From: Toensbergia leucococca | Lineage: Eukaryota | Length of the DNA: 64,000 nt | Direction of reading: 5' to 3' | Assembly: GCA_022813965.1 (NCBI GenBank) | Contig: JALDZS010000130.1 | Coordinates: 1-64,000, forward strand | Shown here: piece by piece, positions 1-13,200 of the stretch | Position numbering within the stretch: position 1 is the stretch's first letter | How the letters are laid out: the number at the start of each line of letters is the position of its first letter | Position numbers and translations under genes: made by a program | The notes under the pieces: model-generated | Database searches by the model: none | Seen by the model: the letters and a program-made list of their open reading frames with translations, nothing else | Told to the model about the DNA's origin: nothing

Positions 1-811
1 TTCGCCCTTGAATTTCAATCAGCAATTTTCGACCCAGTACTATCAGCAACCGCAGCAGTCTGTCACTTTGAGCCAGCAAACCTCAGCAATGTCTTCGCCA
101 TCAAGCAATAATGTCCAACTTTCTCGGCCGCAATCTCAGCAATCGCAGATATCTGATCAATGGTCACAGCCTAATTACCCATATCCATATCAGAGGCCTG
201 AAAATCAACATCCACCATATCAATCACAAGCACCGTCTATGCCTTATCAATATGGACAGCTACCTTATCAGCCTACGATACAGAGTGGACGACTGCAGCA
301 CCCTTTACCCGGTAGTTACTCTCGACAGTCATTCAATCCGCAGACTAGATCTTTCGTTCCCGCAAATGGCCTAGCCACTGGGCAGTCGGGACCTTTCGTG
401 AATAGAGGCAACGACTCATCCATGCTAAACATGAACATGGCTTACCAGAGTGGTAATCAAGCCTATCCATATGTTCAGCAGCCTGGCAACTACAACCAGG
501 CCACGCCGATGCCCATCCCTGGAACATACAACGCCTTTTACGAAAACAAAACCAACGGCACACGAAAGACGTCAGGACAGCAAACTTCGTCGCAGTCACC
601 AGGACAAAGTACCCTCTCAAAATGGGGCACACCAGCCAACCTTCCCCCAAAACCACCTCCACCCGAAGCACCAAGTATGCCTGAAGGCCAGAATGCCCTT
701 CCAGTCAACTTTCGCACAAACATGGCGATGCAACCTATGAGTAACGGCGGGCAAAGCATCCCCAACTTCCAAAATGGTACTTATTCGCTTCAAGGTGCTG
801 GAATTCGGTAA
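1..811 (+). CDS. 3' end (partial) of a Gln/Pro/Ser-rich RNA-binding protein, probably R3H/SUZ-domain (Rbs1/Encore-like) family
   Basis: The reading frame is open from the window edge to TAA at 811. It has a low-complexity Q/P/S/Y tail, a PAM2-like SFNPQTRSFVP, and a C-terminal LSKWGTPANLPPKPPPP motif that I recall from fungal R3H/SUZ proteins. The N-terminal domains lie outside the window. Confidence 0.55.
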   Translation, partial: SPLNFNQQFSTQYYQQPQQSVTLSQQTSAMSSPSSNNVQLSRPQSQQSQISDQWSQPNYPYPYQRPENQHPPYQSQAPSMPYQYGQLPYQPTIQSGRLQHPLPGSYSRQSFNPQTRSFVPANGLATGQSGPFVNRGNDSSMLNMNMAYQSGNQAYPYVQQPGNYNQATPMPIPGTYNAFYENKTNGTRKTSGQQTSSQSPGQSTLSKWGTPANLPPKPPPPEAPSMPEGQNALPVNFRTNMAMQPMSNGGQSIPNFQNGTYSLQGAGIR

Positions 812-1671
812 GCTATTTTCGTTGAAAGAGGAAGTGCTTGTGCCACGGTTTGGGTAGGATGCGTATACCTCCTCTGCATTCAGGGTGTTTTGTGTGTTTT
901 TGTTTGCTTTTATGAGGGGTATTTAGCAGCGGGTGCATCACTGATGATGAAAAGCATTTTTTGGGGCGTTGTTCGTTCTTCACCTTTCTCTCTCTCTCTT
1001 AGTCTTACTCTTTTTGAGGGAAGATTGTCGCATGAGAGAGAGAGAAAGCAGGTTTGACGAGTGCGGGTTACGTTGGCTGGCAGGGGATGGATGATGTTTG
1101 TGTTGTATTTTAGAAGGGAAATTCGATGCAATCATAATCATCTTTTTTTTGGTATCGCCCCCTCTTCGTATGCATATTCTTGATTGTTGCCAAGATGTTC
1201 ACTCACTTGTTTTTTGTCATTCAACTTTTTTTGCCATGGAAAGTAAAATGGATCACTGTGTCTTTTGGTGACGAACTGTGAGAATATTGAGGGCTGTGAT
1301 GTCATGATTGTGGGCTCTTTTCTGTGATGTTTCTGTGTGATTTTGAAATTTTTTTTTCTTGTGGATAGGGTGGTGAGGATTTTTTTTTTTTTTTTACCCT
1401 TTTTCCCTCTCTTTTCTTCTTTGATATGAGATTTTTTTGGGTTTTGATTGTGGAAGGCTTCTTTGTGGGGTTTTTTTGTTAGCTAGATTAGGTTTGGTTT
1501 GTAGGTAGGTAAGGGCTGTCAGTAGATACAGGCTGTGTTTGATTGATGAGAAGGGATGATTTTTCTTTTTTTATTTCATTTTTTTTTGGGAGGGGGGGGT
1601 GATGGTTTAGGGGTTTGTTTATTGTGAGATTTGTTTTTTGTGTGTGTGTTTTGTGAGGTTGAGATGAGGAT

Positions 1672-1698
1672 GGGTGAGGGTGTGGGTGAGGGTGAGGG
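1672..1698 (+). repeat. GGGTGA/GGGTGT short tandem array, G-quadruplex-capable
   Basis: gggtgagggtgtgggtgagggtgaggg: five GGG runs with 3-nt loops inside a G/T-rich intergenic tract. Confidence 0.6.
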
Positions 1699-2953
1699 TG
1701 TGTGTGAATGTTTTGTGTTTGAGGGGATGACTGTCATTGCGTTTTTGAACCCCCTTTCTTGTAAATTTTTCCTGGGGTTCTATCTCGATTATCTTTTTCT
1801 GTGAAAGGCCCTGCTCTGCGGTGAGTATGGGCTTGGGGAGAGGAGGACTTTTGAGTGACGTAGTGAATTGTCTTCAAAGGGGAAGTGAGAAGTGAGGGTG
1901 GTGGTGAGGGGAGGTAGGGTAGGTCTCTTGGTTTAGGGTCTTTTTTTCCTTGATGCTGGGGATGGATATGGAAGAGATGGATGTTATTGGGGGGGGGTGA
2001 GAATGAGGTGTCATGAGGAGAAAAGTTGGCATTTTGTACTGAAGGGGGGTCGTTTGTTCTGTGGAGAGGTTTGAAGGGTTGCAGGGTAGGGTGCCGGGGG
2101 GGCGTTGGAAGGTTATGCATCGGTTTATCTTGAGTGGATTATGGGGAACTGGAAGGGTTTTTCTTGGGATAGAGGACGTTTATGCTGGGAACCTAGTGTG
2201 GCGGTTGGGTGGATGGTAAGGGCAGGCAGGGGAAGGATTGGGTGTGAGGAGAACGTAGGAATGGAAGGCGGGATTTGGTCAAAGGAGAAGATGGGAAAGG
2301 AAGGGAGTGGATTGTTTGGGGCTTGGAAGGCTGGAGCTGGAGACTATGAAGTGGCGCGAAGATGGAAGAGGGTCGATTTCAAGAGGGTAATCGGAAAAGA
2401 CGAGGGGTATAGTATAGTAAGACTAACTGAGACAGATCGCGAGAGACGAGGGATATGTTCGAGTGTACCCAAAAAAATTCTAGGCCTTGTTCCTTGCTGT
2501 TGCTTGGCCTGTCTTTGGCTTTACTTGGCTCTGTCTCATTGTATGCGCCCCGGCGTTTCCGAAACCTGGCTGGATCGCAAGTCGTTTAAGCTTCATTCTG
2601 CTCTTGCGCCGACGGATGTGACTACCAAGACTGTGCACGCGATAGTATGCTATACCCATTCCTTTCTTTTCAGTCGTGGATAATGTGGAGGCGGTGGGCC
2701 AAGTGATCTTGCGCGGATGACAAAGACAACAGATTTCGGTAGGAAAGCGGAATGTTTTGAAAAATTGTATGTTTCAGGATCTGTTATCAAGCGGAGTAGC
2801 CTCGACGCCTTGCGGCCAAACAAAAGACGTTTTGATAGAGATGTCAAGAAAGTATGCGCAGATGCCTAGCAAGACGCCAAGTTACCAGGGAATCGAACAA
2901 TACAACATTCATACATCATGGCAAAAGCGTTAAAATTGGTTGAAAAGGTATCT

Positions 2954-4362
2954 CTAGGTCTTAGGGCAAGATGCTACGTCTCCTCCATGAAGCACGGATT
3001 GCCACGTGCAGGTCTTTTGTTCTGCCACTGGATCTGACTGCCATGACTCATTGGGTTGTGCATAGACAGTGATGTTTGCACCAGGCGGTAAAGCATTCAA
3101 TCCTATCACGCATAACGTCAATACCTCTCTATCTCAGGCCAACCGGGGAAGATGCCACATACCAGTAGTGGCTTGCTGCCTTATTCTGTTGCTGCGCCTA
3201 AGCAGTGGTTGAGTCCCATAGTATGCCCTACCTCCTTGAGGGGTGTTCAACGGATGCGAGACACAGACATTAAGGAGGGCATCCAGAGCTGTTCTAATCT
3301 GCAGCCAGTTGAGCACAAGAGCCGAGGTAGCAGTAATGGCAACATTGCAAGTATCTGTGAGGCATTTTGAGCGTACAGCATGCAGACTAGGGCTAAGGTC
3401 TACTCACTCGAAGTAAGGAATCTGACAATGCCTGGTTCGACTTGGATTGTATCCAAATCTGGACCAAGCTGAGAATATTCTAGCTGGCTACAATCAACCT
3501 CAGCTGGGTGCCCTAAAGTGTCGTCGCATTCATAGACCATATCATCCGAGGCCAATGGAATTGCTCTCCAATATGGTGTCATGTCACCACCTCTCTTCAT
3601 GGCCGCGGATTGCCGGATCCATGCTCGTGAGCTTTCAGATAATTTGACTCGAGACGCCGTGTCCGTGTTGTGGGGTACTGGTGCGTTTTTCCAGGCAGCG
3701 TTGGTACTCTGGGCAGCCAGTAGTGCAACAGACGGGTCGAAGTCGCCGGGTGATGGTTTTCGATCTTGCTTGTTAGTCACGGTGAGGGTGATGAATGCGG
3801 TACTAATTGCTGTTATTGGCGCAAGGACGCATCAGCTCCGTGGCCGAAATACAGCAAGACGTAGGATTGATGAGCTTACGATATCTACCGTTGGTATAGC
3901 TGGTATCCGGGTTGCTAATGTAATTCACAAACTGGTCTATACCCAAGGTGACGAAGCCTCCGAGACCGCTTGGTCTCACGCATTGCTTAATGACCCAGCC
4001 GGCCATTCCTCGGATTTTTTGGGGAGTGGTGGTGAAAAATTGAGTCCCAGTGCCGCCGGCTACCTCAACTGTCATCATACAAGTGCCTGCAAATGAATTT
4101 TAGCATGACAAGGTGGGTGTCGGTGTGAGGTTTAATATTGACCAATTTCAACCGTCAATGGTAGCATATAGCTCATGCCAGTACCCACACTATATTGGAC
4201 ATCAGTACGTCCATGAGGAAGCTGAATACCTGCATCTTTACAGTCCTGCTTTTTGATGCCGGAGCCATAGATTCTGTCGCAGAGATAGAAGTCCGGAGGC
4301 GTGGGCATTATTGGAGCGGGCCATGTCGTGAAATCGAAGAAGTTGGCTACCGCCGAAGCCAT
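2954..4362 (-). CDS. Uncharacterised Cys-patterned protein with two tandem related domains (candidate secreted/effector-like); 5 exons
   Basis: Four ORF-track fragments plus a final exon join in frame through introns 4087-4142, 3810-3879, 3355-3407 and 3103-3162 (all GT...AG, phases match). Stop TAG at 2954-2956. The first in-frame ATG is 4362; the true start is uncertain. Confidence 0.75.
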
Positions 4363-5325
4363 TTTTAGATAGTGATAACAATAATGCAACGATGGGGGAT
4401 GTTAACTTTCTTTATGTAGAACATATCGGCTGTAGTAGCAAAGCAGCGGGTCTAGGATGACTTGAGCGGCACTAGGATGACAATGAAACATTTCATATGT
4501 TCGCAAGTAGAAAGAGAGAGTTTTCTGGAAAGAAGTGAAACGAGATGGTGCTGCAATACCGGCCTCGCTCTAGCAAGTGTTGAACTCAAGAGAGTATCAT
4601 TGAGAGGGTCTCTGAACCCAAAGAGAACATGGAAAGGTTTTCTTCACCAAGCCGTACTTGGTGCAGATTTGGATAGGCCGTAGTCTTCTTCTGCTGGTGA
4701 AAGCCCTGAGACTTGACATATAAATAGCGCTTCACGGTTCGGAAAAAATAAAAAGGAAAAAGGGTAAAGTGAGGCTGCGGACAGGCTTAGCAGCAGCTGA
4801 GCTTGGATGACTCGGCCAGATCAAGCGCAAGAAATGAAATGTGATTTCCATTCGTCCTTCTCCATTTAGTCGGTAGCATTCACACTGTTCTAGGCACCGT
4901 GCGTCCGTGCGTACCTCTCCTTATTCCAGGACCATTACCACTGGCTTCACCCTTTCATTCGATACTACCTTATGTTCATCCAGCCTCCAGGAGGTTGTGT
5001 TTATGGTGTTTATGATTCACCGTATTCGTACCGAGTACCGAGGTACCCAGAATAGTTAGAACATAGAATATCGCGGTCCGGATATTCTATTCTACGAGAC
5101 GCTCCACGTGATCAGTCCTTGCATCCTCCACCTCCACCTCAATTCGCCCACTAGAACACTCACTAGCTTCCTTGGCTGCTTGAGTTGCATGAGACGGTCT
5201 CTCGAGTCCTCCATAGTTACGAGCTAGCCATGATGTGTATCTACTCCGTACTCGAAGCTTAAACAACAATCCCTCCGTCCCACCTTCCCATTCTTCCTTT
5301 ATTCCCCCATTATACCTTCAACACA

Positions 5326-7238
5326 ATGGACATCGTCGACCGTGACCTCGAAAAGGCCGAAACAGACGCAAGCCCCGAGCGCTTTCCAGGCAAGAAGGTT
5401 GAAGACTTTGAGCCGCTGCAAACCTTGCCCTCCGGAACATCCGGCTCAACCTCATCGTCCGACTCCACATCGATTGTGCGAGAGGACATCAATGTATCGA
5501 GGGCAGTCACACAGCGGGATCTCGAACGGCATCCCACAACACTCAGTCGCATAGAGACCCAACGAACCCAGCACTCGGGCACCGTTGGCCGAAGTCTAAA
5601 GTCAAGGGAATCTAGGAAGCCATTGCCTGCCTTCGGCGCCGGGAAATCATACCCACCTCCTCTGCCAGAACGGGAGGAATACGTCGTCGAGTTCGATGGC
5701 CCCGACGACCCATTGCACCCGCAGAATTGGCCATTGAGAAAAAAGTGAGTCTACCAATATCATATGCAAATTACCCGGATTGACTTGTGGCCAAGGATCC
5801 TTACAGGTGCCATGCTTGGCTATACCACCTTCATATCTGCTTTTACCAGCAGCATCTTTTCAACAGCAATCAAGGCTGTCGCGGAGGAGTTCCACGTTTC
5901 GGACGAGGTTGGTACACTTGGTCTGTCACTATACGTGTTAGGCTTCGCAACAGGACCCATTCTGTGGGCTCCGTTATCAGAGTTGCAGGGTAGAAGACTG
6001 CCCCTAGTTTTATCCATGTTTGGTTTCTCCATTTTTGAAGTAGGTGTTGCAACAGCAAAGGATCTCCAGACGGTGATGCTATGTCGCTTTTTCGCTGGCT
6101 TATTCGGAGCCTGTCCTCTCGCTGTCGTTGCAGCGGTGTTCTCGGATATATTCAACAATCGTACCCGTGGTCTCGCCATTACTGTTTTCTCTATGACCGT
6201 CTTTGTAGGCCCTCTCTTGGCTCCTTTTATCGGAGGTTTCATTACTTCGAGTTACCTTGGCTGGAGGTGGACGGAATATCTCGTGGCTATCATGGGCTTC
6301 TTCGCTTTCAGCCTTAATATCCTCTTCCTCCAGGAAACCTATCCGCCTATAGTTCTGGTTCAAAAGGCCGAAATGCTACGCCGCCGTACCAAGAACTGGG
6401 GGATACACGCCAAGCAGGAGGAAATCGAGGTTGATTTTAGAGAATTGATCACAAAGAACTTCAGTCGTCCGCTTCGACTTCTCGTCTCGGAGCCGATTGT
6501 ACTCCTGATAAGTCTCTACATGGCATTCATCTACGGTTTGCTCTACCTCTTCCTTACTGCCTACCCCCTCGTATTTCAGGGAGTTCATGGCATGATCCCT
6601 GGCATCGGTGGTCTTCCCTACTTCGGTATGATTCTCGGCATGGTGATCTCCGGTATCTATATTATTCTCACCAATGGTTCTTATGTCAAAAAACTGACCG
6701 CCAACAACAACGTCCCTATTCCCGAATGGCGTCTCCCCCCAGTCATTATGGGTGGCGTATCTTTCTCGCTCGGTCTGTTCTGGTTCGGCTGGTCAGGCTA
6801 CAAAGAGAGCACTCCATGGATCGTACCTACCCTGTCCGGTCTCCTCACCGGCTTCGGCCTCCTATCCATCTTCTTACAATCACTCAATTATCTTGTCGAC
6901 GCCTATCTCATGTTGTATGTCCACCTCCCTTCCTCATTCCCAAAAGGGAACAAAACTTCCCTCACGAACTAATTTCCCCTTCCAGCGCCGCGTCAGCGAT
7001 AGCAGCAAATACCTTCACCCGTTCCCTCGCCGGCGCTGTCTTCCCCCTATTCGCAACGTACATGTTTGACGGCCTTGGCATCAACTGGGCAAGTACGCTC
7101 CTCGGCTGCGTTGCCGCAGTTTTGGTCCCTATTCCTGTCATCTTCTGGAAATACGGCGCGAAGATTCGGCAGAAGAGCAAGTTTGCGCCAACTTGGGAGA
7201 AGCCTTCTGAAGATGATATGGCGGGCGAGGAAGAGTAG
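5326..7238 (+). CDS. MFS multidrug transporter, drug:H+ antiporter DHA1 family (Flu1/Tpo1/Mdr1-like); 3 exons
   Basis: Motifs [44 protein letters not shown] and NYLVDAY. Introns 5745-5795 (GTGAGT..CAAG) and 6915-6985 (GTATGT..CAG) restore one frame. Confidence 0.95.
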
Positions 7239-8091
7239 GAAATCAGGTGATGGGCTTGTATGTGATCAATGACAGCTTTACGTTGATGGAGGGGTAATCT
7301 GTAGCCGTGGCTTCTTCATCTGTTCTTCCTTTTTTTTTTTGATTTTGCGCTTCTTAGGATAACGGACGCTTTTTTTTTGGATTTGGGCACGGTTCCTTCT
7401 TTTTTTCTCATTTTTGCATTTCTCGTTTATACTCTCTCTCATTCTTCTACATAAAAGCCAATTTCAACACACCACCCACTCACCCTTTTCCTCCCAGAAA
7501 AGGAAATGTTGAATTCATATCTTCTTCGCGAATTTAGATTCCCCATCCCTGGCCTTTTCCCAAGAATCCCTCGGATACGGATTCTTGATGACTGACAAGA
7601 GGCGTATTAAGACGTCGTTTCTTATTAGATAGTTCACATTTACGTAGCGAGGTTTAAATTTTATCTCTCTAGGAAATGGATTCAGGGGGTTTTTTTTGGG
7701 GGCAATAGTGAGATCTTTATCCTTATTTGCTAATAAAATGAAGAGGGGGTGAGGGAGGCGGTGAGAAAATAATTTTGTTGGTTTTGTTTTGAGTGATTTG
7801 GATTCTTCACTCCATTCTACTGATACCTATCTCCTTTCCCCTTTTCTAGTACAAATGTAAAAAATAAATTTGAATACAAAAACCATTGTTCTTTCAAAGC
7901 AATTTCTTTCTCATTTGTTATACGAGCAGCTTTGAGGTATTCTACCACGGTCATTGCACACAGAGAGTCCATAATCTAGAAAAAGCGAAAGAAAGAAAAA
8001 AATAACAAGAGACTTGGATCAGCAATCCTCCGCATTTCCCTAGCGCGGCAGAAAGTGGCAGCAAACTATACCCCCAGCCCGACCCTTCCTG

Positions 8092-9747
8092 TCAAATCCG
8101 AATCGTCCTCAACTGCACCTCCTGCACCCCCCTCAGCCGATCAGGCCCCTCACCTTCCTCCCCAACAAGCCTACCCTCCTCCCCTCCCCTCCCCTCCCCA
8201 CTCTTCTTCACAACAACACGATTCCCTTGCACAGCAACATACACCGCGCTTCCAAGAATAAGGCTACTACCCGCAATCGACCAAGGCCCTGGCGTGCTAT
8301 CAAACACCAGCTTATCCGATGCGAGGGCAAACAGCATCTGCGTATAGACCATATTCGTCGCGCGCGAGCTCTTCTCATGCTGCAAGCCTGCTGTGAGCAG
8401 AAATTGCATGATGAAGCCGGAGATACCTAGGGCGATCAGATAGGTCCACTCCAGGATGCCCGAGGGCAGTCGGAAGTCAATTCCTGGGAAGACGAGTAGA
8501 GTGACCGCGCTCACAAAGGTGCACCAGATAGCGAAGAAGTTTACGGAGATGAGGGGATGGGCGCGCTTGCCAATCCAGCGTATGAAAGTATACGCGGATG
8601 CGGCGCCGAAGACGCCGATCATGGCTACGAGGACGGCGCTGAGGCGTTGGGCGGGTGTTGGTTCTAGTGGCTCGTAGCCTTTGATTGGTAGGGTTGAATT
8701 TATGGAGGGGACACTATCGGTGAGTCCATCGGAGAAGAGTAGAGTAGTTGTGTGGGATGAGAAGAGAGAGGACGGTCGGGCTATCATGACAACACCTGCT
8801 AGAGAAATTATACCGGCTATTTGCTCCATGCGAGTGAAGGGCTCGTGGAGAAGGATGGAACAAGCCCAGCAGGCGACGATAGGGGCGAGGAATGTAATCA
8901 CTGTGGCTTCGCCTAATTCTAGGTATTGTAGAGAGTCTATAAAGCAGATGAGTATTCAAGTATTGTCGTAGAGGGGGATCAATTCAAAGATTGGTATGTT
9001 GGGCTCACAGTATAGTCCATATACTAGAAACACGTTAGCTCTTCCGATAGAACAAACACTGTTTCGTTAAATCTCACCTCCAAAGAAACCACCTAGGCCT
9101 CGCGCAACTAGAAGACCACGTACTTCTCGATTACCAAAGGGAAAATCTGGTACCTTTGCCCACCACATGTATATGGAGCTGAGGACTAGTGTGATACTCA
9201 TACGTGCGAACAGGATCTATACAGCATCCAAAGTAAGCTATCTGATGCCTGCCGAATGCTACATGTATATGGAACATGCCTGAAAAGGGTGCATCGCTCG
9301 GCCATGACTGCCCTGTGTCACCAGTAACCTCGTTGTCACATTCATCATGGCTCCAAACAACATTGCCAATAGCACCAAGGCCATTCCTTTATTTCTGTCC
9401 CAAAAGATTGCCCGCTTGCTCTTCCATATCACAGACGGTACTGGAGATGTCGAAGACAGCCTCGGAGCAGGAAAGGCGAATTGCGGGCGACCTGTCCGTC
9501 TCTCGTTGACGTTGTCTGCAGAATAAATGCTAATATCGGAAATGGTATCTAAAGATGGTCTAAAGGAAGTCCGGAGAGGCACATCAAGGTGATGAGTACC
9601 GTTGCTGATGGGCGGTAGAGGATTGTCCTTGATATGGAAGACGGACGAAGTCATGTCATGCTTCTTGGGGGAGGAGGTTTCGAGGTGTGTGTTGAGAAGA
9701 CTACGCTTATCAGACTCGATGTTGGGGACGGGCAGAGTGAAAGACAT
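8092..9747 (-). CDS. EamA/DMT-superfamily (DUF6) membrane transporter; 4 exons
   Basis: Spliced product reads HPFQILFARMSIT...ARGLGGFFGVYGLYYSLQYLELGEATVITFLAP...IRWIGKRAHPLISVN...EKSSRATNMVYTQ. Introns are 9217-9279 (GC-AG), 9024-9077 and 8937-9008, with a 15-nt exon at 9009-9023. Confidence 0.9.
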
Positions 9748-10242
9748 GTTTGGATCATCGATTTAATCCGAAAGTGACTGAGAAACAAGTAAATTGCGAA
9801 AAAGGATGGCTTTGCAGTAGCATGCAACAATACAATAAGAAATAGATACTCGTACGAGTAACAGCTTTGACGTGAACAAGTCAAATAAATATGCTAGTGA
9901 GTAGTGGGGCGAAAAGGCCGTTCACATCCAAGGCTTCGTCCTTAGACTCAATGCCCCACTAATTAGTAATAAGTCTTCCATGTCCTGATTCTCAGAGGTG
10001 GAAGGAAGAAGCTTAACTTGCAAGGATTGAGGCAATTCAAAACCAGAGATGCCGCTTTCCGGACCTTCCTCACGTGCAGTTTGTAGTTCTCATCAAATCA
10101 CATGCAAGCCTCCAAGGCATGCAAGGCCTCCCGCATAATTGAATAACCGAGCGCCGCGTGGTTAGGGCTAGGGCTCTCAAAGCCAGTGTACAAATGTCAG
10201 AGTGCTACTCGTATCTGTGAAATTTAAACAATCAGTTTCTAA

Positions 10243-13200
10243 TCACAAGAATGCCACATCGCCCCTCATACTCGTACTTCCCGCTCTCCCAGCTCTCAAT
10301 CCATCCGAGTTGTCCACACTGACAGGCCTCTTCCCCAGATCTCCTACAATGATCCGCCGCTCTTCGTCTTCAAAATTCTCCTTACCTTCCGCCTGCGCCT
10401 TCAATTGACTTAGCCTTTGCGCCTTGCTTCCACTTGCAGCACCAAAAACCCTCTCTACATCTAGATCCGACTCATGCCCTTCACTCCCACCTCCTGCAGC
10501 CATGCCGTGAAGAGCTAGCGGGTTCGGATGCCCTGGATGGAACCATCTCTTGTTTCCCTCCTCATCTACACCCTCTTCTAAGAAATCCTCTGCTCGTTCA
10601 GATGTCCCTTCACTCTGTACCTCGCTATCCGCACTCTCGTATCTTCGACTACTTCCTAAACTGCTTCCGCTGCGAAATCTCGATATGCGACCTACAGTCT
10701 CATTGAATCGCCCACTCCATCCGTGGCTGACATTTCGCCGAGGAGATTTCTTTGGCGGACTGAGTTTGCTGGGCTCACAAACGGAAGAGCCTTGCGAGTA
10801 CGACCTTCGAAGTTTCCGCCTGAGTAGTCGATGATTATCGGCGCCACTTTCCGAATGGCTTTGCTCTTTCTCGGGGTTGAGAGACTCAATACGTGGTGCT
10901 GTATGTAAGGAGCGATTTTGGAGCGACTTCTTCCTCACCAAATTCGTTGACAAACGAGATGATGCGCCAGCAGAGAAGAGAGGATTATGCGTTCGCCGAT
11001 TTACAGCCCGGCGCCGATTCAACACTGCCCGAGATGGGTATGTCAGCGACCGAATACTGACACGATGTGATCCGTCTAGATCGTCCAATTCAGGGATCGT
11101 TTGAGGTTGACCGAACTGGTTCAGTGTGTTCGAAGTGGGAGGACGTGGAAATGATCGCATCGTGGTTGTAATATATTGAGAATGCTCGCTTTCTAAATAT
11201 TGACTCGAGGAGCGATTGGTGGTAGTGGTAGCGGCGCCTTCAATGGTGGTCCAGCTCGGACTGTAAGGGTTACGCCAGGAATCTCTAACAGTGCCAAAGC
11301 CTGGTGGTCCAAAGCCGCCAACCCCAAGATTAGTGCCTTTACCATGACCAATACCGTTGATGCGATGAGTCGATAAAAAGCCCGAGCTTGCGAAGCTCAT
11401 ATCTGAGCGGCGTTTGCTCTGCCTCCAGTAGTCTCTCGCCGGAGATGCATTGCTCACTACTGATGATCTTGATCTTCCTGGCGGACTTAATCTTAGATGA
11501 TGACTGCTTCTTTTCCTACGCATAGATGTCTGATCTTCTTGCGTCAGGTTGAATTCTGGTATTGTGCATGATTCTAGAATAGCAGTATCGAGATCAACGG
11601 TCGAAGTCTGTCGTCTTACGTAGTCACGCCAAGATTCTGGCCTTTGCGTTCGAGTACCCTCATCTATCGTTCTCCTCGACCAGCGCGATTGAGAGTTACG
11701 CTTGTTAGCGGCTGACACCAAGAAACCAGGGATATCTAATCTTGGTACGCTGGAAGAAGTTCGTTTATGTTCATAGGATACTTTTTCCTTCGTATTAGCT
11801 GGAAATTCGAAGTCAAAGTGGCTCGCAGGTAGGATAGGGCGCGAAATTTGCCCGATCGACGGGCGGAACCGCCTCCTTCTTCGGCACCAGCAGAATAGTA
11901 TCAAAGCAATGAGTAATGCTACCAAGGATACTACTACTGCTGCTGCGGTAGCGTGATTCTTAGATGCATTACCAGTAGACGCATCCACGCTTGGACTTAT
12001 GGTTTTGTTAGTTGAGTGCGGTGTTGCAGTAGCTTTGGTACTTTTGCTTATGCTGCTCGTACCAGGGCCACTGGCACTATTCTTGCCTTGGACTATGTTG
12101 ATTGTAAAAGTCTGGGAATGGCTTTGTGTTCCTGAAGTCGCAGTGACATTTAGTAGGTCTTGTTGGGGCACCACATCGTTTGGAATACGGCCTTGGAAAC
12201 TCAGGTTAGTCGCATCAAAGCTCAACCATGAAGAGGTATTTCCAAGATCCGCCGTGACGCATAAGTCTGAGTCTCCTAAAATAATACCACCGAGTGTATA
12301 ATTAAACTCCGACCCGATAGTAGCATTCACAACACCGATAGTGCCTCGAAATATATTCAGGGTCGTGGAAGTCTGGATCTGAATGGTGATGTTTGCCATG
12401 TCGCCATACGTGTCTGTAGCAGAGATTGTAATATTCTGCGAGACCAACGACATGGGTGGCGTGCCGGAAAGCACAAGACTTTTTGGATCAAGCGACATCC
12501 ACTCAGGGGTATTTGCTGTGACCTGGCCAAGATTGGAACTCTGAATGGGCTGGCCATCCAAAGTCAGGTCTGTCCTGAGCCCAGAATAGTTGAAAGAAGA
12601 GCCTTGCGTAATATTGATTGTGTGCGTGTTACTGCCGAAAGCGAGGACATGTCTCTCCACAACAAGTTGGAAAGACGCTATTGCTTCTGAGAAACCGACA
12701 ATGTCCGAAGCCGTGAGGTTGATGCTATATACTTGAGAAAGCTCCACTGGCGATGTTGATTGCGGCGTTACTCCAGAGAATGAGAGGCTATCAGCATCGA
12801 AGTGGATCCATGAAGGTAAAGGGGTATTATTGGCGCAAAGGGCATAGTATACAGTATCAGGGCTCGTATTCGTGAATGTATTTGGCGAAAATGAAAATGA
12901 AAGCGGGCTCGATGGAGCTAATGTGAGGATATCTGGACCAGAGAACGATCCGAATGCCGGGAGCTGACTCGCTATTGGCGTACCGAGCACAGGACCAGAT
13001 TCCGTAGATACTATCAGAGTGATAGGCATTGAAGCTGATCCAGTGTCATCCGTCGCGACCAAATTGACATTGACAGGCCCCCCGTCTTCGGTACCTGGCT
13101 TCCCAGAAAGCGATCGGCTAGGGCTGTCGAGCTCCAGCCATCCAGGCGAATCAGTCAGGGCATAATCAATCGTTGGCGCACTCGATGAAAAGCTAGATTC

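Noticed and set aside
1734..2683. ORFs 1734-2120(-) and 2105-2683(+)
   Set aside because: Both start at non-ATG codons and show no motifs. They are explained by stop-codon depletion in strongly skewed sequence.
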